A model generated the notes under the pieces. It saw only the letters and a list, made by a program, of their open reading frames with translations. It made no database searches and was not told where the DNA came from. This document shows, piece after piece, positions 22,301 to 36,403 of a DNA stretch of 64,000 nucleotides. The stretch spans positions 8,184,001 through 8,248,000 of the forward strand of contig JBHGNT010000020.1 of NCBI GenBank assembly GCA_043228905.1. The letters are read 5' to 3'. The DNA is from Azolla caroliniana (taxonomy: Eukaryota > Plantae > Polypodiophyta). Each line of letters opens with the position of its first letter. The stretch's first letter is position 1. Made by a program: the position numbers and the translations under genes.

Positions 22301-24178
22301 AAGGACCACTCAATCGGACGATCGGATGTTGTACACAGAGACAAATCGGCCCCATGGACGTGGTTGACGAGGTGGGTCGGCACACAATGGAGGCGGCCGA
22401 CAAGAACAAGACCAGAGGCACAAAGAATGTGCCGACAACAGTTCCGGACCCTCCACAAGTAGGGGGAGTCAAAGCGGCGCCGGGAACCGGCAAGGAAAGG
22501 CCGACACGGAATGCCGGTATTGTGGCAAAAAGGGCCACAGGGAAAGCTAGTGCTGGAAGAAGCGCGCCGATTTGGACAAATCCGGATCCGGCAAAAGCTC
22601 ACACTACGCGGAAAGATCGGAAGGATCCGTAACCGGGAAAACCGGTAAAGGGCCAACCTTCGTGATGAAGCACAAGGCTAACTCGATGAAGAAGACTACT
22701 TCTAGATCGGAGGAAGTATGGTACGTTGATTCCAGAGCGTCCAACCACATGACGAGCCATGAAGAGTGGTTCTCTTTTTTGGAGAAACCGGAACAACCGC
22801 AGATTGTCGAAACCGGAGACGACACCCCCTCACCCGATTGTGCATGTCGGAGAAGTCCCTTTAAGCCATGTCAGACAAAAGGGGAAGTTGATGAACGTAC
22901 TGTTGGGAGATAGGTCCCTCCGGATGGGAAGGGAGAAGATCAGTGCCGATGAACAAACTCGACCGAGGCCGAAACCGGATGAGGAGGACCCGGATACGGA
23001 GAGCCGGATGGTGCAGGCCCGGTATGAATCGGATGAGGAGTACTCGGCTACGGAGAGCCGGATGGTACAGGCCCGGTATGAACCGGATGAAGAGACATAT
23101 TCATAAATATGTTTCTGAGAGCCCATCGAGGCTACTTTTGTAAATAGCCGAAAAGTCATATTAGTATAAATATGATTTAGGGCAAACTTTTAGTAACTGT
23201 TGGTTGTCATTATTTCCTTGTTGGTGCAAGAAGAAGAGTGAGCACGTAATAGTGTACAGAGAGAGAGAGAGAGAGAAAGAGGTCGTTGCCTCTGTTGTAA
23301 CCGCCGCGTGTGGCGAAGATCTGTGAGCACAAGGTCATTGCCTCAATGAACTCACTGTTGTACATTCTCACATAGTGACAGTTTGCAGCCTGTGGGCTGC
23401 CGTGGTTCTTCCCTCTTTGGGTTTTCCACGTAAACCTCTTGTGTATCTTCCTCTCCTTTGTGTCGTGTTTTTATTTCCCGTTTTCTGTGTATCGTTCTAC
23501 GCTCGGTTGTGGCCGAGCGTCGCGCATAAGGAACGTTGGGTTCCCGTCAAAGTGGTATCAGAGCAAAATCGACACAGAAAATGGACGAATCATTTGGCGG
23601 CATGTTCAAGCTCACCGGCTCCAACTATTCAGTATGGAAGTCGAAGATGAGGGACATGCTCGTTGTTAAAGACCTCTGGCTGCCGGTTCAGTTCGGGGAC
23701 AAGAGACCGGACAAAATCGACGCCGCGATATGGGAGGTGATGCACATGAAGAAAACGGCGTACATACGGTGCTTCATCGACATGAGCCTGTACAACAACT
23801 TCAATGAAGAGAGCAAGGCTCATGAGCTCTGGGAGAAGATCGGCATAATGTTTCAAAACAAAAATGTTGTTAATCAGGTCTCAATATTCCGGAAGCTAGT
23901 AAGACTCCGGTACCAAGATGGCTCCAGCATGGTGGAGCATATGAATGCCTTCCAGGGGCTGATACACCAGGCAACGTCATTGGAAGTACCTCTTGCCGAT
24001 GAGGTACTAGCACTACTCCTGCTCGGTTCCCTCCCAAATAGCTGGGAGACGTTGGTTGTCACCTTGGGCAACGCCGGGCCGGAAGGAAAATGGTTATCCC
24101 TAGCAAGAGTAAAGTCGAGCTTGCTAGATGAGGAGGCGCGTCGGAAAGACAAAGATACGAGCTCCGACTCCAAAGCGT

Positions 24179-25011
24179 TGTCGTAGTGTAGGTTGCACAC
24201 TATGTGGAAATTATATTTTTGTCCCTCCGGATAGAGAATGGAGTGCTCGGTGAGAACCGGAAGAAAACGGCATACCGGAAAGGAAGAAAACGGCATACCG
24301 GAAAGGAGGAAAACGGCATACCGGCAAGGAAGAAAACGGCATACCGGCAAGGAAGAGCCGGATAAAGAGACATAAATGTAAAAAAGAAGAAAGAATTACT
24401 CACTACTGCGCAGGGCGTGATTCGAACTCTGCACCTCCACGTTGACAAACCCCAACCTTACCATTACATTAACTTATCTTAAGTGTTTTAAATATAGATT
24501 TAATACGTATAAGACCTTTATTTATGCATACCTTTATTAAAAGGTAAATCGTGTATTTTTTTAATATATGAAAAAGAAAAACACGAGACACTAAAAAATA
24601 ACTCATGCACATCTAGCGTGCATGAGCCCTATACTTAGGAAATAAAAAAGCATCACATGCATATTTAGTGGACATGAACACTTTTTGTAAAAAAAAAGCA
24701 TGAAGCCATGCTTAGCTCTTCCTTCCTTATATAAGGAGGAGAGAAATATATAAAGGGTTGTTGATTATTTGGATTAAGGATTAATCAATACAAAAATTAT
24801 TCGTGGGATTCACGATTTATACATCTACTTCTCTCTTAACACCCTAAGTACCAATTAATATAGTATACTCGTGTGATTCACGAGTTTCTTATCTTTCTCT
24901 TTGCTATTTACTCATAATTAATCTCTATCTCACGAACTTCTTTCTCCTAGTCCAAGACCTCTGTGGTTCCCACCCGACTCACGCAACGATCCGGAGCCGA
25001 AAGGCACGACA
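24179..25011 (+). mobile_element. Solo LTR (Ylt1-like Gypsy family) inserted in Copia C gag
   Basis: TGTCGT...ACGACA termini. 4-bp TSD GCGT/GCGC. The gag frame SKAL/LTESE resumes on removal. 24-bp tandem repeats at 24255-24355. Confidence 0.85.
24406..24475 (-). promoter_or_regulatory. tRNA-derived segment (degenerate A box + B box) inside solo LTR
   Basis: Minus strand TAATGTAATGGTAAG...GGAGGTGCAGAGTTCGAATCACG, with tRNA-like spacing. Confidence 0.6.
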
Positions 25012-28000
25012 GCGCTTCTTACCGAATCGGAACGCGGAAGACATAGAAACCGTAATCCCCAGAACCTAGAGAAGTCGGGGACACGGTCAAAGTCAAGGGG
25101 GAGGCCTACTTGCTTCTATTGTGGCAAACCGGGACACTTCCAAAAGAACTGTCGGCATTTCCGTAAAGAAAAGGAAACCGACGGTAAAGATTCGAAGCAA
25201 ACCTCGGACCGGAACGGTAAGGACCGGAACGGTAAAGACCGGAGGGGGCCGGACCGGAAGGGAACGACGGCAATCGCTGCAAGTGAAGAAGAGTTGATGC
25301 TCATCACCGAGGAGAGTGAAATAAACCTTGCCGGCGACGAGATGACCTGGGTGGTAGACTCCGGAGCGTCGTTCCACCTTACCCCGGACCGGAAATGCTT
25401 CTCATCCTACTCAGTCGGTGACCACGGCTGTGTCCGGATGGGGAATGAAGGTACATGCCAAATTGTCGGCATAGGAGACGTGTGGCTGTCAACACCAACC
25501 GGATGCAAGTTGCTGTTGAAGGATGTCCGACACGTTCCGGAAGTTCGTCTGAACCTGATATCAGCCGGTCGGCTAGATGATGAAGGCTACACGGGTAGCA
25601 TCCGGAACGGTGTCATGAAGTTCAGCAAAGGAAGCCTGATTGTGGCTCGGGCCCGGAAGGTAAACACGTTGTACCTGATGAATGCCCGGTTATGTCCAGA
25701 AGAAGTGAACGTGGCATCTGACACTGCCGGTGAGCTGTGGCACAAGAGGCTGTGTCATATGAGCGAGAAGGGGATGAAGAGGCTTGCAGACGACAACCTC
25801 ATTCCAGTGAAGAACGTGCACTTAGAGAAGTGCACTGATTGTCTGGCCGGTAAGCAGAACCGGACCTCCTTCCGACCAAGGCCACCGATGAGACGTAATG
25901 CACCACTGGAGTTGGTGCATACGGATGTGTGTCAGGTAGACACGAAGTCACATGGCGGAGCCCAGTACTTCGTGACATTCATAGATGACCACAGCCGGAA
26001 GCTATGGGCCACACCGTTGAAGACGAAGGATCAGGTGTTATCCGTCTTCAAAGAGCTCCACGCGAGAGTGGAAAGAGAAACCGGCCGGAAGCTGAAGGCG
26101 GTTCGAGCAGATAACGGAGGAGAGTACCGGGGGCAGTTCGAGGATTACTGCCGCTCGAAGGGAATCCGGCTCGAATTTACCGTGCCGAAGACGCCGGAAC
26201 TAAACGGACTGGCCGAGAGGATGAACCGGACCATAATGGAGAGGGTCCGGAGTATGCTAGCGCATGCAAAACTACCCAAGAAGTTTTGGGCTGAGGCACT
26301 GTCGACGGCGATATATGTGATTAATAGATCACCCTCAGTATCCTTGGACGGAGACACGCCACAGAGAGTGTGGACCGGTAAGGAAGTATCCTACCGGCAT
26401 CTGAAGGTGTTCGGGTGTCTCGCGTACGTGCATGTAGCTAAGGACCGGAGAGGAAAGCTAGATCCAAAGACCCGGCCATGCATATTCCTCGGTTACGGTG
26501 ACGATGAGTTCGGCTACCGAGTGTGGGACCCGGTCGACAAGAAGGTATTCCGGAGTCGAGACATTATCTTCATGGAGAACAAGACGCTCGCCGACTGGGA
26601 GTCGGAGAAGAAGATAATGAACTCCGAGTCGACCGGTAAGGATAGACTCTACGATGAGCAGACCCAACCGGCAAGAGACCGGTTAGCACTCGAGGAACCA
26701 GCCGGTTACGGAGAGGATACCGAACCGGCAGAAGAAGAGGTAGAGGAAGCTGAGACCGGAACCGGCCAAGACCCCGAATCGGATTCGGATGAAGAGCAAA
26801 TGGAGGAGCCGGTTACCGAAGCCCGAAGACAGAGATATACTCTCAGAGAGAGAAGGGCGACCCGGAGATTTCCGGATGCAGAGCATGTTCTGCTGACCGA
26901 TGAGGGGGAGCCGGAAAGCTTCGAAGAAGCGAAGGAAGACACTCACAACCGAAAATGGTTAAGTGCCATGTAGGATGAGATGGATTCCCTGCATGAGAAC
27001 CATACATACGAATTGATGGAGTTGCCGAAAGGAAAGCGGGCACTCCGAAACAAGTGGGTGTACAAGTTGAAACCGGGAGATGCCGGCAACCCCCCGAGAT
27101 ACAAAGCCAGGATCGTGGTGAAGGGGTTCCAGCAGAAGAAGGGCGTGGACTTCGACGAGATATTTGCCCCGGTAGTAAAGATGACCTCCATCCGGACGGT
27201 GCTGAGTATAGCAGGAAGCATGGACCTCGAGGTAGAGCAGTTGGACTTGAAGACGACATTCCTTCACGGCGACCTCGAAGAGGAGATCTACATGCAGCAA
27301 CCGGAAGGATTCGTGGAAAAAGGGAAGGAGCACCTGGTATGCCGGTTGAAGAAGAGCCTGTACGGACTGAAGCAGGCTCCCCGACAATGGTACCGGAAGT
27401 TTGACTCCTTCATGACCGATCAAGGGTACCACAAGACGCAGGCCAATCACTGCGTGTTTGTGAAGAAGTTCGAAGGAGGAGACTTCCTGATACTCCTCCT
27501 ATACGTGGATGACATGTTGATCGTCGGACGTGACCAAGTCAAAATACGGATGCTGAAGAAGGCTCTAAACCAGACCTTCTCAATGAAAGACTTGGGTCCG
27601 GCAAGACAGATGTTGGGGATGCACATCATTCGGGACCGGTTAAAGAAGCAACTATGGCTGTCACAGGAGAAGTATGTGACAAAGGTGCTTCACCGGTTCA
27701 ACATGTCAGAAGCGAAACCGGTCAGATCGACACTTCCGGCAAACTGCAGGCTATCCGGTAAGCAAAGCCCGAAGACGAAAGCAGAGAAGGACGATATGAT
27801 GAAGATCCCATATGCCTCTGCCATCGGGAGCTTGATGTACGCAATGGTTTGTACCCGACCGGACGTTGGATACGCAGTCGGAGTGGTGAGCCGGTTTATG
27901 AGCAATCCCGGCAAGGAGCACTGGAACGCGGTCAAGTGGATACTCCGGTATTTGAAGGGCACTTCAAATATGTGTCTCCGATTCAGCTCCGGAAAACCTC

Positions 28001-30683
28001 AACTAGACGGTTTCACCGATTCGGACATGTCGGCTGATGTGGATACCAACCGGTCTACATCCGAGTATGTGATGACATATGCAGGGGGAGTTGTTTCATG
28101 GCAGTCGAGGCTGCAGAAGACGGTTGCATTGTCAACCACAGAGGCGGAGTACATGGCGGCTGTGGAAGCCGGCAAGGAAATATTATGGATGAAGGACTTC
28201 ATCGGAGAGCTCGGTATCCGGCAAGAGGAATACTGACTCTACTGCGACAGTCAAAGTGCCATCCACCTTGCTAAGAATGCGGCCTACCATTCCCGGACGA
28301 AGCATATCCAGTGGAGGTATCACTAGATCCGGGAAAGAGTAGATGACCAAGAGTTCGCACTGACGAAGATCCACACGGCCGAGAACGGGTCAGATATGTT
28401 GACCAAAGTGCTGATACCCGACAAGCTGGACGCATGCCGGAAGAGGATCGAACTGGTAAGACACCCCATGCCGGAGTGAAGGGGGAGTTTGTTGGGAGAC
28501 AGGTCCCTCCGGATGGGAAGGGAGAAGATCAGTGCCGAGGCCGAAACTGGATGAGGAGGACCCGGATACGGAGAGCCGGATGGTGCAGGCCCGGTATGAA
28601 CCGGATGAGGAGTACCCGGCTACGGAGAGCCGGATGGTGCAGGCCCGGTATGAACCGGATGAGGAGTACTCGGCTACGGAGAGTCGGATGGTACAGGCCC
28701 GGTATGAACCGGATGAAGAGACATATTCGTAAATATGTTTTTGAGAGCCCATCGAGGCTACTTTTGTAAATAGCCGAAAAGTCATATTAGTATAAATATG
28801 ATTTAGGGCAAACTTTTAGTAACTGTTGGTTGTCATTATTTCCTTGTTGGTGCAAGAAGAAGAGTGAGCACGTAATAGTGTACAGAGAGAGAGAGAGAGA
28901 AAGAGGTCGTTGCCTCTGTTGTAACCGCCGCGTGTGGCGAAGATCTGTGAGCACGAGGTCGTTGCCTCAGTGAACTCACTGTTGTACATTCTCACATAGT
29001 GACAGTTTGGAGCCTGTGGGCTGCCGTGGTTTTTGCCTCTTTGGGTTTTCCACGTAAACCTCCTGTGTATCTTCCTCTCCTTTGTGTCGTGTTTTTATTT
29101 CCCGTTTTTTGTGTATCGTTCTACGCTCGGTTGTGGCCGAGCGTCGCGCATAAGGAACGTTGGGTTCCCGTCACGTACTACACGTTCTGACTATCACAAA
29201 GAGCCTGGTGTCGGTTGGACAAATCGTCGACCAGGGGATGCAGGTGCGGTTTACACACCTAGGGTGCTTCATCGAGGAAGAGGGCCGGACAATTGCGCAA
29301 GGGCGTAGAGACGGGAGGATGTTCATCCTCAACACTAATGATGTCAGCACCGCTATGTTTGCGAAAGAGCAGAAGGTCGAATTGGACATCGATATGTGGC
29401 ACAAGCACATCGGCCACGTCAATTATTGGAGGCTTCAAGACCTGCAATCGAAACAAGTCGTTTTCAGTTTGCCGAAATTTAGCGGCCGGAAGGCCGAAAT
29501 TTGTGAAGCTTGCCAACTCGGGAAGCAACACCGGCTTCCATTCCCCAACGATCGAAACCGGAGCCATAACAAGCTCGATTTAATCCATTCAGATGTATGG
29601 GGACTAGCACAAAACATTAGTCTTGGCGGGAGTCGGTATTTCGTTTCCTTCCTCGATGACTACAGTCGGCACACGTGGATCTACCTCATCGAAAGGAAGA
29701 GAGAAGTCTTCGATTCTTTCCGGAACCTTCCAAGCTTGGTTGAATGGGAAACGGAGAGGAAGATCAAGTGCCTGCGGTTGGATGGCGGGAAAGAATACTT
29801 TTCCGGCCAATTCAACAATTAACTACAGCAGAATGGAATTCGGAGAGAATTCAGCTGTAGGTACACACCGGAGCAAAACGGTGTGGCCGAAAGGAAGAAC
29901 CGGTCGATTGTCGACGCGGCAAGGGAAATGCTAGAGGAGAAGAGCATGCCCTATTTCTATTGGGCTGAGGCAGTCCGGACGGCCATCTACATCCAAAATC
30001 GGATCGGTGACAAGGTGTCAGCACATGAGTTGTATTTCGGGCGAAAGCCGAATTTGAGACACCTTCGGATGTTCGATAGCATAGCATATGTACATGTATG
30101 GGATGAGAAGCGGAGGAAGCTGGATCCGAAGTCGGAGATGTGCATTCTAGTTGGTTACTCGCATGAGCAAAAGGGGTATAAGTGTTATAACCCTCGGACT
30201 AAGCAGGTCCGAGTAAGCCGAGATGTCGAGTTTGATGAGACGGCATCATGGTACTCCTCACCGACTCCAACTCCCGACGAAGACCCGATTCTGGAATATG
30301 AGGCTAGTGAGCCCGAGGAGGTCTAGGTAGAAGATGAAGACTTTGGCACTCTAGAAGAGAGTCTAATCTCATTCCAGCTAAGTGGACCGAATGAGCGGCT
30401 GAGTCAGGATGACCAGTCGAATGAGGAACCGGCGAATAGTGGAGACTCTACCGTGCTCTCCCCGCGCAAGGAACCGAGGAGACGGTTCTCGCGCAAAGAG
30501 AAGGGGAAGAAGAAGATGTTGGAATATGAAACCGGCAACGTTGAGTCAGATCCGAGCGAATCCGACTCCGGAAAGGATGAAGGCGGATCTTCGGGAACAA
30601 AGTCCGACCTGGCCAAGAAGGGCCCCAAACCGGGTAATACCAAGTTACGTCGGTATTCCCGCCAGAAGAACCCCATTACGCAG

Positions 30684-31511
30684 TGTCGCGAAGATTCGTG
30701 CATGCATGGAGAAAGGTGGGACCACGGGGGTCTTGGACTAGAGAGTGATGGAGCGTAGGAAGTCGCGCTTCACCATTTCCGGGGCATCCCAGAAGCACAC
30801 CGAAAACAACCGAAGGGAGAGAGAGAGAGAGCAGGCACACAACATTGACTCTCGCACACACGCACACAAACCGACCCAACTCGCACCCTCACGTACATAA
30901 GAAAGAAAGAAAAACTAAGACACACACATGCACACCAACAGGGACACGAATATGCACAACCAAATGTATATGTATTTACAAGACAACGAGATTCAACGAC
31001 TTCGAGCCGGACCTAGGTCACATAGGATACAACTGTTGTCTACTGCCAAGCCGCTGGTCGGGGAGCTCTCGGGCTTGTCACGCCGAGCACAGAGTACAAG
31101 CCAGAAAACCGAAGCGCTAGATGCCAAGGCTCGACGCACAGAAGGACGAAGAAGAAGTAGAGGAGAGCAAGAAGAGACCCTAAAACCAGAGAAGAGAAAG
31201 AAAGGAAAGAAAGAGAGAAAGAGGAAGAGAGAACGTCTCTTCATCTAACGGTATACCCTGCTAATACAAAATGGGCAACCCCTTCACAAGAGGCGCTCCC
31301 TCCCTTTTATAGAACAAGGAGGGAGATGCGTTACAATGTGGGATAAATCCCGAGTTACATGGGATTCTCTGTCCCGACTTGACTACTCTTTGACACCATA
31401 AATGTGTCCTCGTTATTCACACTAAATGTACAAGGGTGAGCGCACATGTTGCACCCCGCCGATGTAGCCAATATTTCCCGATTCCGCTTAGGGACAGTTT
31501 TCTCCACGACA
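30684..31511 (-). mobile_element. Solo LTR related to the Gypsy B LTR
   Basis: Minus strand begins TGTCGTGGAGAAAAC like 21184 and shares CTATAAAAGGGAGGG. Degenerate 4-bp TSD GCAG/ACGG. The Copia 2 frame resumes after it. Confidence 0.8.
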
Positions 31512-33330
31512 ACGGTACGGGTACAATGAGTACACGGCGCATCATTATGCATTCATGACTAAGGTGGCGGAAGTGCATGAGCCGAAGAGCTACGTAGAAG
31601 CGGCAAAGGACGCAAATTGGTGTGCCGCTATGGAGGAAGAAATGTGAGCACTAGATGCCAACGACACATGGGACCTCGTTGACCCTCCTCGACACTGTAA
31701 ACCGATCGGTTGCAAATGGGTGTACAAGGTAAAGTACAATGCCGACGGTTCAGTTCACTGGTACAAGGCCCGGTTAATGGCGAAGGGATACACACAAACT
31801 CAGGGAATTGATTACGACGAGACCTTCGGCCCGGTAGCGAAGATGACGACGGTTTGTGTGGTACTAGCGGTTGTTGCGGCAAGGGGGTGGCATCTTCACC
31901 AGATGGACATGAAGAATGCATTTCTTCAAGGTGATCTTGAAGAACGGGTCTATATGATCCAAGGTCCCGGTTTTCAGTCAGATATGAACAAGTTGGCGGT
32001 GTGCCGGCTCAAGAAGTCTCTTTACGATCTGAAACAAGCCCCCCGAGCTTGGAATGCGAAGATCACGCACCGGTTGCGTAAGATGGGGTTTTTGACCTCT
32101 AAATCCGACTCTTCGTTGTTCATCTGGCAAGGTCCGGACGGTTCAGTTTGCATCCTACTTTATGTTGATGATTTAGTCATCACTGGACCCAAACTCAATG
32201 AAATCGGCCGAGTAAAGTCCCAATTGTCGGACGCATTTGAAATGAAGGACCTGGGGGACCTTCATTATTTTCTTGGGATCGAGGTGATCCGAACCCCCGA
32301 TGGCATATTTCTCTCACAACGACACTATGCGTTGAATATGTTGTACGAGTTCGATATGACGGAGTGCCGACCTGTCTCCACACCCCTGGACCGGAACCAG
32401 AAGCATTGTCCCAACTCCAGACCGGCCTGCGATGAGAAACGGTTCCGACAAATCGTCGGAAGCCTGATATACTTGACCATCACTCGACCCGACCTCAGTT
32501 ACCCGATCGGAGTGATCAGCCAGTTCATGCAGAAGTTGACCGTCGAGCACCTTCAGTGTGCACACTGGATACTCCGGTATGTGAGCGGCACGAAGAACCG
32601 GGGACTGTTCTACCGACATGGTATAACCGAAGCACTAGTCGGATATACAAATGCCGACCGGCCAGTGATGCATCGGATCGCCTATCCACCTCCGATTACA
32701 TGTTTTCTCTGGATAGCGTGGTTGTTGCGTGGAGCAGCAAAAACCAGCCAACAGTGGCTCTGTCGAGCATTGAGGTTGAATATCGGGCCGCTACCAATGC
32801 CACCTATGAAGCCATTGGCCTCGGCGACTGTTGCAAGGCCTACGGCTTGAGGTCCCGACCCCGATCCTGCTCTATTGTGACAACATGAGCAACATTTAGC
32901 TCGTCAAGAACCCCGTGTTCCATGCTCGGACGAAGCACATAGAAGTCCACTATCACTTTGTGCGTGAGCGGGTTTTGAGCGGTGAAGTAGAACTTTGGTA
33001 TGTTCAGACGGATCGGCAAATTGCCGATATCTTCACCAAACCGCTCGGATCGGACAAGTTGCAGCACTTCACCGGAATGCTTGGTGTTCAGCATCTCGAC
33101 GTGCCGCACTTGAGGGGGAGAAAAGGACAGGGAACGAATGGCACCGGACAAGGAGGCGAAGAGGAAGAAAGAACCAATAAAGGGGGAGACAAGAGGAAAA
33201 AGGAAGCCGAGCCAACCGAAGGAAAGGTCGGAACAAGTGGCAGCGGCAGTAGAGTCAAGAAGGACAGAGCCGACCGGAAGAAAATGGCCAAGACCCGGAC
33301 GTGGTCCGGTGTGGTGAAGGGCCTGAAACC

Positions 33331-34091
33331 GGAAGACGAGTTGGAGGACACCGACTCGGACAAGAGCTGGAACGAATCGAAGGAAACCGATTTGGTTCAA
33401 GATTCGGAGAAGCTAGATCAACTAAAGACCAAGCGGACACGGACGCAACGGAAGTCGACGCCAACACGAAGGAACCGACGGGTCGACAAGTGCCGAAGTC
33501 GCAACTATGAGGGAGCTGAAATGGGCCTGTTGAGCAGACAAGTTGACCGAGGAGGTTGAGGTGCGCAGAACCAAAAGGGTCGCGGAAGACGAGTTGGAGG
33601 ACACCGACTCGGACAAGAGCTGGAACGAATCGAAGGAAACCGATTTGGTTCAAGATTCGGAGAAGCTAGATCAACTAAAGACCAAGCGGACACGGACGCA
33701 ACGGAAGTCGACGCCAACACGAAGGAACCGACGGGTCGACAAGTGCCGAAGTCGCAACTATGAGGGAGCTGAAATGGGCCTGTTGAGCAGACAAGTTGAC
33801 CGAGGAGGTTGAGGTGCGCAGAACCAAAAGGGTCGCGGAAGACGAGTTGGAGGACACCGACTCGGACAAGAGCTGGAACGAATCGAAGGAAACCGATTTG
33901 GTTCAAGATTCGGAGAAGCTAGATCAACTAAAGACCAAGCGGACACGGACGCAACGGAAGTCGACGCCAACACGAAGGAACCGACGGGTCGACAAGTGCC
34001 AAAGTCGCAACTATGAGGGAGCTGAAATGGGCCTGTTGAGCAGACAAGTTGACCGAGGAGGTTGAGGTGCGCAGAACCAAAAGGGTCGCGG
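33331..34091. repeat. Three near-identical 253-bp tandem copies in the Copia 2 3' region
   Basis: Unit starts GGAAGACGAGTTGGAGG at 33331, 33584 and 33837. Confidence 0.95.
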
Positions 34092-34673
34092 CAAACAAGA
34101 CGGGACCGGACGAGAAACACGAGCGAGGCGAAGCCGGATAGAAGAACCGGCTGTCGTGGACACTAACACCACGATCCGACCTCGAGTTGAGCTTGAGGGG
34201 GAGTGTTGAGTGAGCAAGCTCAACCGGATCCGGATTGGCTGAATAAGCCTGAGCCGGATCCTGAGCTGGATCGGCATTCGGAAGGATGAGCCGGATCGGT
34301 ATCTAGATGGTATCCGGAAACAACCGGCCGGATTGGGGAGCTGGATTGGAGAGCCGGATTCGAGCAGGAACCAGAAGCCTAGTACTAGCCTAGACTACTA
34401 GGTAATCATTATCCCGTAGTTAGTGTCAGTCGCACGTGTGAGCATTGAAGTACCTGTCAGTACTTCTATTAGTCCTTTATAGACTTGTATAAATAGTTTT
34501 GTTTAGCACGTTGTATGTACAAAGTTTTAGAGTTAATTCTTGAATATAGTTTTATGTTCTGCTCTCTCTATCTCCTCTATGCTTGAAGCTTTTCCATTAA
34601 ACCTTCATCTCATTTTTTGTAGCTATCCGGTTGAGCCGGTTCTGTCTGACGCTTCCGCACATTAACATTCACA

Positions 34674-36290
34674 TGGTGAAATTGGAAGCATCCGTTTTGA
34701 CTTGGAAAGGCTTAGTTGGGTCAGGATGTAAAAGGACCGGTGCCATAGTAAAGGCTTGTTTCAGCAAGTCGTACGCCTTTTGGGCAGTTGTTGTCCATTC
34801 GAAAGTAACATCCTTGTGGGTAAGAGCAATGAGAGGTTGTGCGATCACTGAGAATCCTTTGATGAAGCGACGATAAAAATTGGCAAAACCAAGGAATGAT
34901 TGCACATCTCATACTCGAGTTGGGACAACCCACTCCTGGATAGTCTTGACTTTCCGTGTGTCCATTGTGATTCCCTGTGTCAAAATGACATACCCAAGAA
35001 ACTCTACAGAAGTACGATCAAATTCACATTTTTCACTTTTAGCATAGAGTCCGTGCTCGCAAATTTTGGCGAGGACTAACCTGACATGTGGAGTATGCTC
35101 CTTGATGTTCGAAGAGAAGACCAAGATATCATCTAGATAGATCACAACAAAGTGATCTACATATTCTCGGAATATGTCATTCATCATATGTTGAAATACT
35201 AGAAGAGCATTAATGAGGCCTAAAGGCATTACCTTATACTTGAAATGTCCGTAGCGCGTTCTAAAGGTGGTTTTCCATTCATCTCTAGGTTTGATCTGTA
35301 CCAAATTGTATGCTCCCCATAGGTCAATCTTGGAGAAGATCTTCCCACTCCGGAGTCGATCCAACAACTCTAGGATGAGAGGTTGCGGGTAGCGGTTGTG
35401 AACAGTAATCTTGTTTAAACCTCGACAGTCGACGCAGAGGCATAAGGATCCATCTTTCTTTTTCACGAACAAAATAGGAGCTCCTGCTGGTGATTTTGAG
35501 GGTTGAATAAAACCCTTTTCAAGGTTCTCGTCGAGATGCATTCGAAGTGCCTGGAGTTCTGGTTCTGACAACCCATAAATTGGGCCAAAGGGAGGACTTG
35601 CACCTTCTTCAGATCGATCGGACAGTCGTAGTGTCGATGCTCAAGCAAGTGATGAACATTCTTTTTTTCAAATACATCCTCGAAGTCTTCATACTTGGAC
35701 AGTAGTGAGTCAGTAGTTGTCCTCATTGGATTGGTTGACGAGGCATTATGCACTATTTTCCTTGTTGTGATTCCTGCATTAATGGGAGGGTGAGCACTTG
35801 CAACAACATGAGATATTGCTTGCACCTTCGAGCTGGTTTGGGAGAAAGTAATCGAGTGATTGCATTAATCAACAAGTGGATTCTGTGCCTTCAGCCAAGA
35901 CAAACCGAGGATGACCGAATGTGGATTCTCGCTTTGGCACACATCTGAGGATGTCCTCCACCTTAGAACTTTGCTTCTGGCAACCATTCTAGCTGACTGC
36001 ATTGGAGTAGGGTGCTTGAAGGGTGCGAGTAGCATGACTGTTTGTGAGTCGGGCATCTAAAGAGTGTGAGTAAGGTGTCTTCTTGTGAATTGGGCGTTTG
36101 AAGAGTGTGAGTACGGTGTTTACTTGTGAGTCAAGTGTCCAGGCATTGCATGGTCTGGTGTCTAGTGACAAAGGATGTCAGTTTTTTTATTGGTGCACTT
36201 TTTTAAGATAAGGATTGGATAGTGCAGATCAGACACATCCTTAGCTAAGTGCCCTGCACCATTTGTCGCCGTGATTCCCTCGTTGGGCCT
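34674..36290 (-). pseudogene. Tcn1/Tf1-sushi-like chromovirus fragment (zinc-knuckle remnant, PR, RT, start of RNase H)
   Basis: [76 protein letters not shown]. Confidence 0.85.
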
Positions 36291-36403
36291 CTTTATGATT
36301 TGGGCGCAAATAGACACGCCGATGTGTGTGTGTGTGTGCATGTTTGATGTATATAGGTATGTATAAAGATTACATGTAGAAGCTAAGACAAAACACAACT
36401 AGC

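Larger units (their letters stand above)
22901..29173 (+). mobile_element. Copia C (Tork-like, defective), pol closely related to Copia 1
   Basis: LTRs 22901-23549 and 28490-29173. TSD CGTAC. PBS 23553-23564. gag-pol 23581-28478 with nonsense codons (26971, 28234) and a solo-LTR insertion. Confidence 0.95.
21560..34673 (+). mobile_element. Degenerate Copia 2 (5' LTR truncated), host of Copia C and a solo LTR
   Basis: 21560-21653 matches the last 94 bp of the 3' LTR 34204-34673. PBS TGGTATCAAAGC 21654. Gag from 21748, integrase 29179-30326, RT/RNase H 31512-33110, PPT before 34204. Confidence 0.9.

Noticed and set aside
34674-34678. TGGTG after the Copia 2 3' LTR as a second PBS (tandem element)
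   Set aside because: Only TGGT matches, and the sequence is the minus-strand RNase H of the Tcn1-like host.
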